A model generated the notes under the pieces. It was not told the DNA's origin, ran no database searches, and saw only the letters and a program-made list of their open reading frames with translations. From the human T2T-CHM13v2.0 reference genome, Homo sapiens, in assembly GCF_009914755.1 (NCBI RefSeq), contig NC_060946.1: a stretch of DNA of 64,000 bases. One strand, 5' to 3'. The translations under genes and the position numbers were made by a program. Shown piece after piece: positions 1 through 13,849 of the stretch; within the stretch, counting starts at the first letter, position 1; each line of letters starts with the position of its first letter.

Positions 1-82
1 CGGTGACACAGGCACTGGAAGCTGCCCGGGGAGTTGATGCAGATGTGGTCACAGGTCCGCTCGAAGGAGCACTCGTCGATGT
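1..82 (-). CDS. SCUBE1: SCUBE1 coding exon (probably exon 9), 5' part, truncated by window edge
   Basis: Translates (D)[27 protein letters not shown] after acceptor ccacgcag (83-84). Confidence 0.95.
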
Positions 83-2038
83 CTGCGTGGCCACAGGGAG
101 ACAAAGTTGGGGGAGGAGTTTGAGGGAGTGGTGGGTGGGCACAGCCTGTCACTCTCAGTCACTCAAGGCACATCTGTGGACACACAGTCCCTGGGCGCAG
201 GCGCAGCACAGCACCGACCCACAGGAAATGGGAGACTCCTTGCTGCTCGACTTTCCATTGTGTCTCCATTAGCCTTCTGTTTCTGGGTTGGGAGCCACCT
301 CACGTCTTTTCTGGAGACGAGCAGGGCAGAAACATTGTGAATGGAAGGGATTATTATGAATCTCTGCCATTTTACTATCTCACAGTCAGCTCCAATTAGG
401 AGTGGTAGAGAGGCATTGAATCCACGCCTGCAGGAAACGGACTGCAGCTGGCCCCAGGGCCCTGGGGAGGCAGCTGACTTGGGACATAAACCTAGGCCTC
501 TTGGATGCTGACCAAAGCATCTTTCCCCATCACCCCATGATGTTTCTTGAGAAAATAAGGAAAACCACACAGGTAAAAAGAGAAGAGGAAATATGCCACC
601 CATAAAGGTCAAAAAGGGAGCTCTGATAGAATGTGAAATGTGATGATGAGCTTCCTGGCAGCCAAGGTAAAAAGGGAAAGAGGGAAGGTCATGGGGTGTT
701 TGTTCCTGGAAAGGAAAAAATGAACCACCATGTTGACTGGAGACAAGTCTGTCCTGGCCATAAATTCTGAGGAAAATGGCTGTTATGGGACAGTTGATGG
801 GGACCCCTGAAGGCAAAACAGACGCCAACCTGCCCCTCCTTGGGCATAGCAGTTAAGAGTTCATTCTTTGAAAACATTAGCTCATGTAATTTCACAAATA
901 TTTGTAATATACGCGTATTTATGAAACCACTAACACAAGGAAGAAATTGTGCATGGTGCTCAAAGGCGAGTGTGCTCCCTCCCAGGGAGGATCTGGGACC
1001 TCCGGGTACTTGCGGCACCTGGGCTAAAATCTGAAGGATGGGACCAGCCTGGAATGAGCGAATGAATGTGGAGGAAGGGTGCTCCAGGCAGTGGCTAGGA
1101 GGTAAGAGCATGGGGTGCCCAGGGGATGCACCTGTTCCCTTGGGCCCAGCCCCATCTGAACTCCCCTCCCCTCCTAGGAGCCACCCTGGCAGGTCCACTT
1201 GTGTGGAGCCCAAGGGGGACTGGGGTGGTGTCTGGGGTCCCCTGAGTGCCAAGCAAAGGAGCATGGACGCTTCCCTGCTGGACCTGTGGAGCCCAGAGCC
1301 CCAAGGCCTCAGAAAGATGAGCCTGGAAGGGGGTGGAAAAGATACAGGTGGGGGTGGGGCGGGTGAGGACAGGGCCTCACAAGCGATCTCACCTCCTCCT
1401 CGACAGCCGCCTGCCTCTTTCAGGGGGCAGCTGGGATGCAAGGTCAAGGGCTCTCCTCAGCCCTCTGCAGAAGAACTTGGCAAGGCCAACAGAGAAACAA
1501 AGTCAAAGTCAGAAGAACCCTGATAGGGCCTGGACAGACACTGTGCTCCTGTCTAGACCTCAGGCCCTGAGGAGAAGACAGGGCCAGGATGCCCGTCCAG
1601 GGACGAAGAGGCTGAGCCTGGGGAAGGCAGCGGCTGGCCTGGGGCACACATGATTCTGAGGACGGCAGGCCCTGGCCCTACTCTCGCCAGCCTCCTGCTT
1701 TTACATTCCTCAGGGACCTTGTGGGAGAACAGCCCTCGCTCCTCAGGGCCTCACCCTGCCCCGTGCCAGCCCCTGAGCTGCACTGACAGGCAGAAGCACA
1801 GCCTGGTACCCAGACAAGGCCACATGCTGCCCGCAACTGCTGGTACCCCGTGGGCAAAAAACCACCAGAGCACAGCTGGATAATCGTCAGGGAAAGACAG
1901 CCCCTGCCCTGCTACATGGGGTGCCCCACCCCCTGCACTTTCTCCCAGTGTGGGGCCCACAGGGTACCTGTCTCCTTCCTCATGGCCTCATCCGGCCCCA
2001 CCAAGTTCCTTGTGGTCCCCTAAACCTCCTCAGGCCGG

Positions 2039-2322
2039 CAGCGCCATCTCCTGGGTGGGTTTACCTCCCTGGCTCCTCCTGGAAAATCGCTACTCACCCC
2101 TCAGGCATTTCACCAACGGACCCTCCCCGTAGCCTTCCCTGACCCCGCTCTGCACTGCCAGCCTCTGGGCTCCTGCTGCATCCTGGATCCCACTAGACTC
2201 TTCCTGGGCCGGGATTCTTGGCTTCTGCCCAGACCCCTCCTCATTATCCTTGTTCCCAGCAGGTGAGGATTGTTTGAGAGCGCCTGCCTGCAATGTGCAA
2301 CGCTTTCCAACAGATGGCAGCA
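2039..2322. promoter_or_regulatory. Two candidate CTCF sites in divergent orientation
   Basis: CCAGGAGATGGCGCTG on minus (2039-2054) and CCAACAGATGGCAGCA on plus (2307-2322). Each has one mismatch to CCASYAGRKGGCRS. Confidence 0.4.
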
Positions 2323-2646
2323 TCCCACCTCCGAAGCCAGAGGAGTTCGATGCTGGGAGGCCCGTGGGCCACCTGGGAAGGGAGGGGCTGGGTGAACTGA
2401 TGAGCTGGGCCACCGGCTCCCTCTGCCACCTGGGACATGTGCTGAAGCCCTCTCGAGCCTCAGTGTCCCATCAATAAAAGGAACAGATTGGACTGGATGT
2501 CCCCTAGAGTCGTAAAGGACCCCATTCCCTCGGGCCCAGCCCCATCCGCATTCCCCTCCCCTCCTAGGAGCCCGTGTCAGCCCAGGAGGGGAAGGGGCAC
2601 GATCCCGCTGGGCCCAAGAGCCACCCGGGGCATGGCAGGGGCTCAC

Positions 2647-2769
2647 CCTGGCAGGTGCGCTCGTCGGTGAGCAGCTTGTAGCCCTTCCGGCAGCCGCACT
2701 CGAAGCTGCCCACGGTGTTGCGGCAGAAGTGGTCGCAGCCTCCGTTGTTGACCAGGCACTCGTTGATGT
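2647..2769 (-). CDS. SCUBE1: SCUBE1 coding exon (probably exon 8), calcium-binding EGF-like module, 123 nt
   Basis: Translates (D)[40 protein letters not shown](D). Acceptor ctcccacag, donor GTGAGC. Confidence 0.97.
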
Positions 2770-3976
2770 CTGTGGGAGCCAAGGGGGATGGAGGAGTGAG
2801 AGCCAGGAGAATCAGCTTGTGTGACCAGCGGGGGGATGGCAGGCTAGCGGCAGGGGATGACACTGCCCTGAGTTGCCTGGTGCCCACTTCCCAAGCTGGC
2901 TGCTGGCTCCCCAGCTGTGCAGAGGGGTGGGGGCCCTGTCTCGCAGGGGTCAGGGTCGGGGCTGGGTTGTACTGGGAAGGGCCAGCTCCCCAAGCTTCAC
3001 CACTTCCCCTGAGACTTGGCAAGCCTGGGATGTGAGACATTGAGTAGAGAGGAACTGATGGCTGCTGTGCCCGGCAAGAAAGCAGGGACAGCGACTCTCC
3101 CATGTCCTCTCTTCTGCAGGTTCAGGGAGGCCGCCTGGCCAGCAGGGAGGCTGGAGCAGGCAGGCACCACTTCTGGTGACCTCGGCAAGCTCCCGGACCC
3201 CTGAGCCTTGGTCTCCTGCTTGCAGAGCGAGGACAGGAAGTGCACCCATTTTGAAGGATATCACGAGGACTAGGTGAAAAAACACTTCCACGGTGCCGGT
3301 GCTTGGTCAGCGCTCAAGAAACTTTTTTCAAAAAGTAGGTGTTTTTGCCTCTGTTTGAGGAGTAGACTGAGGCTTAGAGAGGGAAAGCACCTGGTTCAAG
3401 AGGCTTCAAAAGGTAAGTGGGGAGCTGGGCTATGCAGCGGGCCTGACGCTCCCCCCTTTCCCAGCCTGACTCCCCGCCTGTTTGTTTGAGCTGCTTCTTT
3501 GCTTAACAGTGAATGAGTTGTAGTATGCTCCGAAGGTTGCCTGGCCCGATCCCGTGTAATAAATGATGCCATCCTGAGCAACTCTGCCAGTCAGCCTCTG
3601 CTTGCACACCTCCAGGGACAGGAAACTTTCTCCCTCCCAGCATGGCCTGCTGGCCGATGCCTCACAGATGTCTTCCTCACCCTAAACACAGCCCTGACCC
3701 CTGTGAGCCCCCATGCTCCTGCTCCCTTGTCGGGCCCATCTGGGCTTTGCCCTTAGGCCTTGGGCCAGCCTGGCATTCTGTGCCATTAGAGGTCCCTGTC
3801 CCCAAGGGGCCTCTTCTCCAAGGGACACAGTCTCAGCTACTCCCAAATTCCTCCTGGGTCCCGACCTCCAGGCCCCCATGCTGGCCACCCCCTCCAGACT
3901 CTCTCCAGCAGTGAGTAACAAAAATAAGAGGTTTTATTTCTACACTGCAGGGTGGCTTAAAAAAATAATCAGTGCT

Positions 3977-4273
<297 letters not shown>

Positions 4274-7200
4274 AATAATCAGTGCTGCCTTTCACGACGG
4301 TGGTCTCACCCTGACTTGCAGAAGCAAAAAGGAGGTAGCGGAAGAGGCCCTTCCAAGGAGGACAATGGGAAGATCAGCTCTTGTTGGTCACCAGCCACGT
4401 CTCAGCAGACCTGCCAGACGCAGATTCCAGCATCTGCAGAGCCCGTCCTGGGCATGGTTGCTGAGCCAGGTACCTGAAGGGCCCTGTCCAGTGTCACTGG
4501 CACCGCTCTGTACAGAAGGTAAGTCTGCCCCCACTTTAAAGATGGCACTGAGCCCCGTAGAGGCAACTTGTTCCTGGCACTGCTACTCTGACCTCAGGCC
4601 GGCCCATGTCGCTCTCACTTTTTCTTCTTCAAACCAAACAGGCTGGACTCCATACCTGCCCAAAGTCCTAAAGCAGTGTTCCCAGGCAACATCCCCCAGT
4701 GATGACAAAACCAGGCTATTAGAGGTCAATTTCTGGTCAAGAATATTAGAGGAGTGCAGGGCTGGATGCCCACATGGCTCTCTGGGAGCCTCGGGGAGGG
4801 ACATGGCATGTACTTTCTGGTATCATCTCGTGTGACCTTCAAAACAACCCAGACAGCAGGCTCCCATTTTACAGATGAGGTCACAGCACCACACGCAGGA
4901 GCCGGCTCTCAGCCAGCACCATCCGAACCCAAAGACGGGCCTGCTGCAGCACATCACGCTGGCCCTGCAGCCACCAAGAAAGAGATATGAAGCCCAGCTG
5001 TGCTGGTCCAGGGCGGAGGCTTAGGAATCTCTATCATTCCTTCCCCCCGAGCCCCGGGATTATAGGCAGATGGGGAATTTCTAGATAGAAGTCTCAGGTA
5101 GAAGAACAGAGGCCCATCTTGACTCTGCCTCAGTTGGCTGTGTGATGCTGGGCAGGGAAAGGCACCTCTCTGAGCCTTAGGATCCCATCTGCAAACTGGG
5201 CTGCTAAATGGTGCCTCTCCTAGCATCGCCTCTCCCAGCATCCTTAGCAAACTGAAATGAGCTGAGGCTGCTAAGCAGACAGGGGCAGCACGTGATCATT
5301 CTCACCACTCCTGCCTCCTCAGTGGAGCCTCAGGCCTTCCAGAGCCCCCAGCCCCATCCCCTGCCCCATCTGGGCCTGTCTGCTAAGGGGCTGTCATAGC
5401 AACCAGACAGGCAGAGGGAGGCATGTCTGCCTGAGGCCCGGGCTGGTGTAGCTGGCTGCCTGGGGGTCAGGATGGAGGGAAGCCCCCTCCTCACACTACC
5501 TCAGGATATAGTGAAGGGGGTGCTGGGCTCATGGCCCCTGGGGTGCAGCTTTTGCACCTCTCTGCCCTTCCGCTCCTTCCTGGGTTCCCACCCCACCGCC
5601 CCACACCAGGCAGCCAGCACCACCTTCCGCACACAAATCTGGCTGAGTCCCTGCCTGCTGGCCAGCATTCTGAGGCTCCTGAGTCTGCTAGGATGTGGGC
5701 CCTCCCTCTGCAGAGGCTCCCAGAGCTTCCCTTCCAGCCCGGCCAGGCTGCTTTGCCTCCTTTCTCCAGGCTGCTTGGCTCCTGCCCTGGCAGCCTGGAC
5801 TCCACTGACCGCACCCAGTACAGCCACAGCCCCCCTCTCACCTGCTGACCCCAGCCCTGGGAAAAACGGCCCTTCCAGAAAGCCTTTCCCAGTGTTTTTC
5901 CAGAGCCAGTAGCTCCCTCTTCATGGGAGCTAATGCCTTTGGGGGCATGAGAGGGCCTTGGGACACAGACTTGGGGGTGGCTGTTCCTGTCTGGTGCCCC
6001 AGGGCCCAGCGTGAGTGTCTAGGAACGCTCACCGAATAAAGGAATGGGTCAGGGTGATTCCAGACAATGGAGCGGGTCTGAGGGTTGAGGGAAGGGTGGG
6101 GTCTTGGGCCACTGAGTGGACTCTTTGGGTACATCACCCAGGGTTGGAGCTTGAGTGGGTGTGCATGGGGGCAGGGCGATGGGGTGAGCTATAGGGACGC
6201 ACAGGACACTGGTTCTGGCTCCCTCCTGCCCATCTCACGTGGGGGACCATGTAGGGGAGGGCTTCTGGGTGGGAGCAGAGGGAGGGCACAGGGTCATGGG
6301 CTGGCACCATCCTGGAGTGCCCAGCAGGGAGGGCCAGCTGCTAGGCGGGGCTGGCCAGGTGGCGGTCACTCGAGGGCACCATTGCTCCCACTCGGGTAAA
6401 AGCCCTGGCTGTGGCCTGCCTGGCCCAGAGCACTGCAGAGGGGGAAGAGGAAACAGGCGGTAGGTGGGGGGTTCTCCCAGATTGTTCTGGAGATGCTGGG
6501 AAGAGGGGCAGGTGACCCTGAGGGAAATGCAGGCTCCCGCTGAGGAAGGGAAGATACACGTCTGCTTTCTCTCACTGCCAGCCACCGGCAGCCCAGCCCT
6601 TCCCTGCTTCCTTCAGCTACAGTCACTTTCCCATCCTCCCAACTCCTCACTTGCCAACGGCAAGCAGCAGTCCTGCATCCTTATTCTTGAGGCCCAGAAC
6701 CCCCTTCCTCTTGGAGGGACCGATTAGCAAGATAACCACCTCCCAACACCAAACGGGCACGGTACCCAGCAGGGAGCCCTTGAGACGAGGGCTTAGGCGC
6801 ATCTTCCAGGCCCCCCTCGTCCCCGACATTTGGACAAAACCTCCCAACTCTCCCAACCCTGCCTCCACCTGCCCACGTGACCCCCACCTGCCCGGGGTTT
6901 GCAGCCCTGGGTTGTCCAAGCCCGCTGTGACCTTTGTTCTCCAGCCACTCCTCTTGCTTGACATTGACATTTTGGCTTTCAGAAAACGTGGAGCCTTTGA
7001 ACTCTCTCCTTTGAGATCCTCCCCAGACCCTGCCAAGATCAGGGTGTGCACCTGACCGAGGAACCAAACCCTGGGGCCAGGGTCTTCAATTTGTTGGGAA
7101 TCCTCCTGCCTGTGCCTCTCCAGCCAGGGCTGGGAACATACCAATGACACCAACCCTGGGGCTGGAGGCCACCGTCTGGTTTCTCAGGCTCCCTGAGGTG

Positions 7201-8559
7201 GTCCTGTGGGCAGTTCTAGCCAGTCCCTTGGTGCTGAAATGTGGGCATCTATGGACATGTCTAGTCTCTGCCTTCTCTATGTCTGCTGCCAGTCCTGCCT
7301 TGGCACTGCCACGAGCCTGAGTGACAGCAGCTGTGCCTGGCTGTTGGTCTTCCAGACCCTACTGTGACCCCACTGTGGCCAGTGTCAGTTCAAAATGAAA
7401 ACCTGGGTGTGAGCCTCCCCTGCCCAGTGCTGACTGGGACCTGGCCAAGCTTGTAGGGTAGCCCTGGGCCTTGCGCCATCTGGCCCGCCTCCTTTGCGTC
7501 CTTCCCAGTCCCAGGTCCTTGAACCCACAGGCCTCTGGCAACAGTCACAGTGCTGAAAATGCTTCCCCTGCCCCCATCATTGCCTGATAAATGCCTCTTC
7601 CCCTCAGCCCTCCCCGGCCTCCCCCAGCCTCCTGCCATACTGAACTTCTCTATCCCACACCAAGCAGCCTGTGATACTCAATTATCTCAGTGATTTTAAA
7701 AATGAAAACCTGTCTTCTGCACTCAGTAGAGGACCCCTACAGGCAGGAACCGTCTCTTTTATTCATCCTGTCTCACTGGAACCCGCATACAATAGGAGCC
7801 CAGAAAACATACCTGTTCCGTGAGCGAGCGAGTGAGATGATCTCTGACCTTGGCCAGTGGGAGCCAGGGCCCTAAGGGCTCTGAGTGCAGCCACAGGCCC
7901 AGGGCTGGGCGTCCATGGAGGAGGTCTGGCCAAAGGGCTGAGTGGGGCAGCCTGGTGAAAGGGCCCCGACCGCTTGAAGAGCAAAGGAAATGTGGTGGGG
8001 TGGGGGGGGTTGGGGGGTTGTCTTGGGGCTGTGGACATCACTCCTGAGCGCCACCCTACCCTCAGAGCCAGAACCAGAGTGGGAGGAAACGAGTGTCCCT
8101 TGGGCTACCGAGGGATGGTTAGGGGGCAGCAGTGGGAGCCCCAATCCCAGTAGCCCCCTCTTGGGCCACATGCCTGCCCTGCACCAGGCCCCTTTCTGGC
8201 CCAGACAGGGTGGCTCCTGGCCTCCAGACCCCATTCCAACAGCCCCAGCCTTGCCCAAGGAATTAAGCTCTGCCTGCCCCTCTGGCCCTCCGAAGGCAAA
8301 TGCTGGCAGGCTGTGCCATCGCCGGGCTGTGAAGATGCCCAGATCTGCACAGACCTTGGGCTTCCTCGGCCAGTCACTCCTGGCACTGAGTCATGTGGCG
8401 AGGACTCAGATGCCACCCACCTGCCCACTTGCCTGCCAGGAACGCACCAAGGCTATTAACAGGCTGAGCGGTGGCCACAGAAGGGCTTTATTTTCAAATA
8501 AACAGGCGGAAGCACTGTTATTTCTGTCAATAATCACTCGGTTCTTCCCAGCAAGTTGG

Positions 8560-8605
8560 CAAGGAAGAAGTCATACACTGTACAAAAATACATTTATTTT
8601 TACAG
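8560..8605 (-). terminator. Candidate intronic polyadenylation signal
   Basis: Transcript strand reads TGTAaaAATAAAtgtatttttgtacagtgtatg (AATAAA at 8593-8598). Second AATAAA at 8487-8492. Confidence 0.35.
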
Positions 8606-9624
8606 GCTTAAAAAAAGTCCACCTCAAGCTATTTTAAGTCACCCTAACCTCCACTTTCAATATTTTCCCCGATGGGACTTTGGAAGTTCCAGTTCCTCTC
8701 CCCTCCACGCCCTGCTCTCTAGGCTCTCCCTTCCTGGCAGAGTGTGGGGGTACTGCCCAGCGCTGGGGTGGGGGCGTTTGGAGGGTGGTCTGGAGTGATG
8801 CTGGGGGCACTGAGCACTGCCCCTCACCCTTCTGCACAGAGGGCTCCGGCACTCAGGCCTAACACCCTGCCCCAGGGCCCACAGCTTCTTGGGGCTCCGT
8901 CTGTCCTTTGGGGGTAGCTGGACCTCCTCATCTGCAGGGCTGTCTCGAGAGCCCACCCAGCTCTCCTCTCCCAGCTCCCTGGGCTTCCTGTTTCCTGAGG
9001 GTCCCCTCAACCCAGGAGGTACTCAGTAAGTCTTTGTGGGGTGACTCAGGGGACAAGTGGGAGGATACACCTCTGCCTTCCCTCACTGCCAGCCACCAGC
9101 AGGCCAGCCCTGTCCCTCCTTCCTTCAACCAGTCACTCTCAGGTCTTCCTGACTCCTCATTTTCTGATGGCAAGCAGAAGTCCTGAGTCCTTATCTTTTC
9201 AGATGGGATCCCCCTAGCCTCGCCCCCCTAGTAGTGACACACTGTCCTTATTTTTCCTGGCATGAGTAGACCTGTGTGTCCCAGATGGCCCAACACCAGA
9301 CTGTCCCCATCAGCTCTGCAAGACCCACTGCAACCAAAGGTCAAGGGGTTCGGAAACGCGCTACATTCTACGCGCCTTGGGAAGCCACACTATCACTGAG
9401 GGCCCAGGAAGTCCCACAGTAGAGACGCTGGCTTAACTGTTTAACCCAGCGTGCAGCCAAATTCTCTGACATCAGTGCCTTTTTGGCCCAGGAACCTGCT
9501 GATGTGCCGTGGGACCTGTGTTCTCTCGAACTCTGCTGGGGACCCTGCTGCTGGCCAGCCCTCCCTCTTCCTGGCCTCTCCAACAGCAAAGCAAATGATT
9601 GCCACGTGTCCTTTCCCACAGCTA

Positions 9625-9873
<249 letters not shown>

Positions 9874-9939
9874 TCAGTTTCCTTGGACAGAAGCCACTGG
9901 CTTTCCCCTTCCGTGGAAAGATCTTCTATGAGACAGGAG

Positions 9940-10100
9940 ACGAGACCCGGGTTCAAGCTCTGGCTCTGATATACTCTCTGGCTGTGGGACTCTAGGGAAG
10001 CTGTGCTGCCTCTCTGAGCCTCAAGCTCCCCATCTGTGAAATGGGGGAATGACACCATTCCTGTGGGGTTGCATGTGGTGAGGGATGAGTACACCGCAAA
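9940..10100 (+). mobile_element. MIR SINE
   Basis: gggttcaag..cctctctgagcctca..catctgtgaaatgggg..gtggtgagg. Confidence 0.75.
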
Positions 10101-11639
10101 CTGCAGAGGGCTGTGCTTATACAGAGGCTGCTGCCAATAGGGTCAAAACTGCTATCTGGGGCCAGACTGGCCTGGCTGTATTTAACTGCCCGAGGCTGGA
10201 TTCCTAAAACTTTGACCTGCCTGGACTCAGACTCCAAGTCCAGGCTAGAGGTTACTTGGAGGTGACTGGGGCCCCCAAATGCACCTCAGTACAGACTGGC
10301 TTGTGGCCCCGGCCAGGGAGCCGAGGGGTAGGTTCTGAGGGCTCACACACCATCCATCACCTTGATGAGGCTTTCAGCCCAACATCTGTTCTCACTGAGT
10401 GATATGCCAAAGGCATCTGGTTTTTGTCCACTTGAAGCTTGTCTAGTGCTTTTTCTTTTTCCTCCAAAATTCAAAGGGGCTAGAGTGGCTCAGGGCATAA
10501 CCGAGGTCATTGAAGCCGTCATGCCGTGAGTGAGCCCCCTCAGGCCTGGAGGAGGGGCTGGCAGAGCTGGCACACCAGGATGCTGGGGGCTGGTCCAGCC
10601 CTTGGGTCTCTGCCACCTGGGTTTCTTCCTAAGCATCTGGCAGGCTTTTATCTTGTGGAAGCTGTGGCTGCATGGGCTTCCCTCTTCGCCTTGCTGCTGG
10701 GAGGTGGAAAGCCAATGGGCGCCCATCTCTTATAACCTGGATCCCCCTGCCTGCCTTCGCCTTGGCATCACCTGGACTCCTGGCCCTGGTGTGCCTTCTC
10801 CCTTAACGGTCTCCCTAATGGGTTTACTCTGTTCCTGTGCTGTGGGGTCTGCGTTTCTGCAGGCTGGGGGGAGTCAATGAATACATACCCTCAGCTGTCG
10901 GGACTCCCTGGTGCTAATTAAATGAAATGCATGGTGCCTTTCCTTTGAACTTCACCTTGTAGGCGTGTGCAGGGGGAGAGGGGAACCTCATGTTCCCCTC
11001 TGTGTGTGTGTGCGTGTGCATCTGAGATTCTGCAGGGCTGAGGTGGTGGGCGTCCTCCTCATGGTCACGGCTGAGCCATCACCACCGTAGGATGAGCTGC
11101 GGCTGCCAGTGGAAGGTGGGTGGTCTTGACCCTGACACTCTTCCTGGCTCGTCCTCTGTGTGTCTCCTCAAATCCTGGACCTCAGCTGGGCATGGGTGGT
11201 TTTTATGAACCAGTCTTTTGCCCTCCCATCTCCTGCCATGGCAGTGTGCTGGTCCCAGGGCTTGGACGCCTCCCTCCTGTTCATCCTTCAAGGCCTGGCT
11301 CAGAGCCCACCTCCGCAAGGAGCCTCCCTGATACCCCAGACACGGAGGGAAGGTGTCATCCTTCCTCAGGCTCATGCAGGTGGTATGACTGGCACTTGGC
11401 CGGCTTATGCCCTCTGGGCCATCTACTGGGACAGTGGAGGTGGGCAGGCCAGGGAATGAGTCCTGGCTGTCACTCACGGAGCCCCTCAGGCAGCCAACCC
11501 CTTGGGGCTGCACCTCCGCACTCACACCTGGAAATAAGGACGAGCCTTCTCTTCCAGGGCGGAGGTGAGGGTCAAATCAACCCGCTTACAAGGGCCTGGC
11601 TTGTTAGTTTCCTCCCTGGGCTGACAACCAGAGAGGGAA

Positions 11640-11731
11640 CTCCTGCCTCCCACTCCCAATCCAGGAGCCAATGGGCTCCCCTCCTGCCTCCCACGCCCGA
11701 ATCCAGGAGCCAATGTGCTCCCCTCCTGCCT
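11640..11731. repeat. Short tandem duplication, 2.2 copies of 41-42 bp
   Basis: ctcctgcctcccac..aatccaggagccaatg.gctccc twice. Confidence 0.9.
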
Positions 11732-13849
11732 TCTCAGCTTTTCCTGTGGGAGAGCCCCCCTCTGGAGAGGTGGGCAGAGAATGTGCCTGTTTTCCAGGTG
11801 GAGGTAATTCAGGCTCAGGCCTTGGAGAGATGGGGGAACATGGCAGGGTGCAGAGGGTGGGGGAGACAGGCAATGAAAACTCAGGGCTGAGGGCACCGGG
11901 TCTCTGCGGAGGGGGAGGTGAGGTGTGGTGCAGGCGCTAGGGGCAGTGACCCTGAGAGACAGACCCGGCCAAACAGACTCCAAGAATCCTGGAGGCTCTT
12001 CTCTTCCCTGAAGTCCCTAATGGGACTTGGAAGCTCCACCTGAAAGGTCACCCGCTCTCTGGACGAGGCAGCTTGAGTTCACGAGTTGCCTCAGTCTATG
12101 GCTGGTATGTAAACATCAGGCTTTGAACAAGGGGCTCTTAGTCCCTTAGGGCCCGTTCTTGGGTGCTGACCAACCCGCTCCACAGCAGGGGTCACGTGGT
12201 CACCACGGGCTGGGCCCTGCTCCGCCTCCCACTCTCATGCTCCCAGCCTCGTGGCTCCTGTGCCCTCCTCTTCCCTGAAGAGGATCCGGTACGGAGCATC
12301 AGAAACTCGGCCCAAGGCTGTGCAGCCTCAATGGCAGAGCTGGAGGGGACCTGCTCCATCTGAGTCTAACCCCCTTGGCTCCTTGCGGGCAGTGACCCAC
12401 CTGGCAGCTCCAGGGCCCTACCACCAAGCACGTGCCGCTGGACTCTTCATCATCCTCCTCTAGCAGCTCCTCCCCCAGTGCTCCCTGTCTGCAGGAATGC
12501 TACTCCTACCTGCCCCAAGCCGAAGACGAGGAGCCCCCTCCTCTCCCCCTGGGACCCAGGGCCTGGGCCTGCTGCTTCCCCAGCACTTCCCAGCTCTAGC
12601 CCCTGCTCTTACTGTGGCCAGGCCACCAGTGTCCTCCTGCAACTGTCACTACCTCCCATGGTCCCTCCTTCAGACCACTGTGTCATCCTGGGCAGCCAGA
12701 GAAATGTGCCCATGTCAGGCTCATGTAAGAGCGCTGGGAGCCAGCAGTCCCCGGGACGCTCTCTGCCAGGCCCTGTGCAGGCAGGGAGGGTCAAGTGGAG
12801 GGAGCAGTCTGGCCTTGGGCCCGCCCTCACCTCTTCCCGCTTCGGGGCCTGGGGCAGGCTGCAGCCTCTTGCCTGGGGCTCCATCCCTCCTCTACAGCAC
12901 AGGGATGGCCATTTATGCGGTGCCCACCTCAGCCATATTGTGAGGTTTTTAGAGGTTCACTATAAATGCAAGACGGGTAGAGGGAACAACAGTGAAACTG
13001 ACCTAGGTCCTTTGGGCTGAAGTGAGGGCTGGGGACTGAAGTCTACAATGACAGGACAGGCGGGCCTGGTGGGGCCGAGCACCGCGTCCCTGGGAGTCTT
13101 CAAGCAGAGGCTCCGGTGCTGCTGCTGAGGAGGCCCCTGCCTTCCATGACAACCAGCCTGGCCATCGCTCCAGCTCCCCCATCTCTGAGATCCTCAAAAA
13201 AACAGCCTCACTCCTCCTGTTCCTCAGGACCAGAGGCCACCCAGACCTGGTATTAGGCCACAGCTGTCTCAGAGACAGTAAGAAAGCAGGCCAGGCCGCC
13301 TTTACCATGGGGCCCCTCCAAATACAAGCAGCAAACGGGGCCCCGAGGCTGCGGCAGTGGCATCTCTGCCCGGTGGGGAGGTTGGGGGTGGGCTCTGGGC
13401 CTTCCTCCTCCTCACCCATGGGCCTTCTCTGGGTCCCATCCCGGCCTCTGCCCCCTACCAGGGGCTGACATTATGGCCTCATGAGGAATCTCCCCCACCC
13501 TGAAACACACTTGTGGAGGGCGGCTCAGGCGCCTGGGACTGGGAAGAGGAGGAGGACGCAGAGCAGCCTCCAGGAGCTTTGTCCCGGGGAGCTAAAGACA
13601 GAATTTCCTTGTGGACCCTGGGGGCCCTCCAGTCTCTCTGTCCCCAGCCTGTAGACAAAAGCTACAGAGCTCTTGTCTAGAGGCTTTCTCTCTCCACCTG
13701 GAGAGATCATGGAACAATACAGCCCTTTGTAGTGGACAAGGCACCTATCATCCATGAACCTCAGCAGGCCTCACAGCAGCCCCGGGGGACACAGAAGTGC
13801 CAAAGGAGACAGGCCTGGAGGCATGGAGAACTTACATTGCCTGTCCAGG

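Noticed and set aside
163-1447. ORFs of 221 and 252 aa on the minus strand
   Set aside because: No recognisable domain; this length is plausible by chance in GC-rich intron.
2564-3103. 179-aa ORF as a standalone gene (likewise 62049-62390 and 26143-26493)
   Set aside because: Only the splice-bounded parts are coding; the rest is intronic read-through.
7994-8028. G-quadruplex-like G runs (also 20197-20253 and about 29058-29084)
   Set aside because: Common in DNA of this composition; nothing singles them out.
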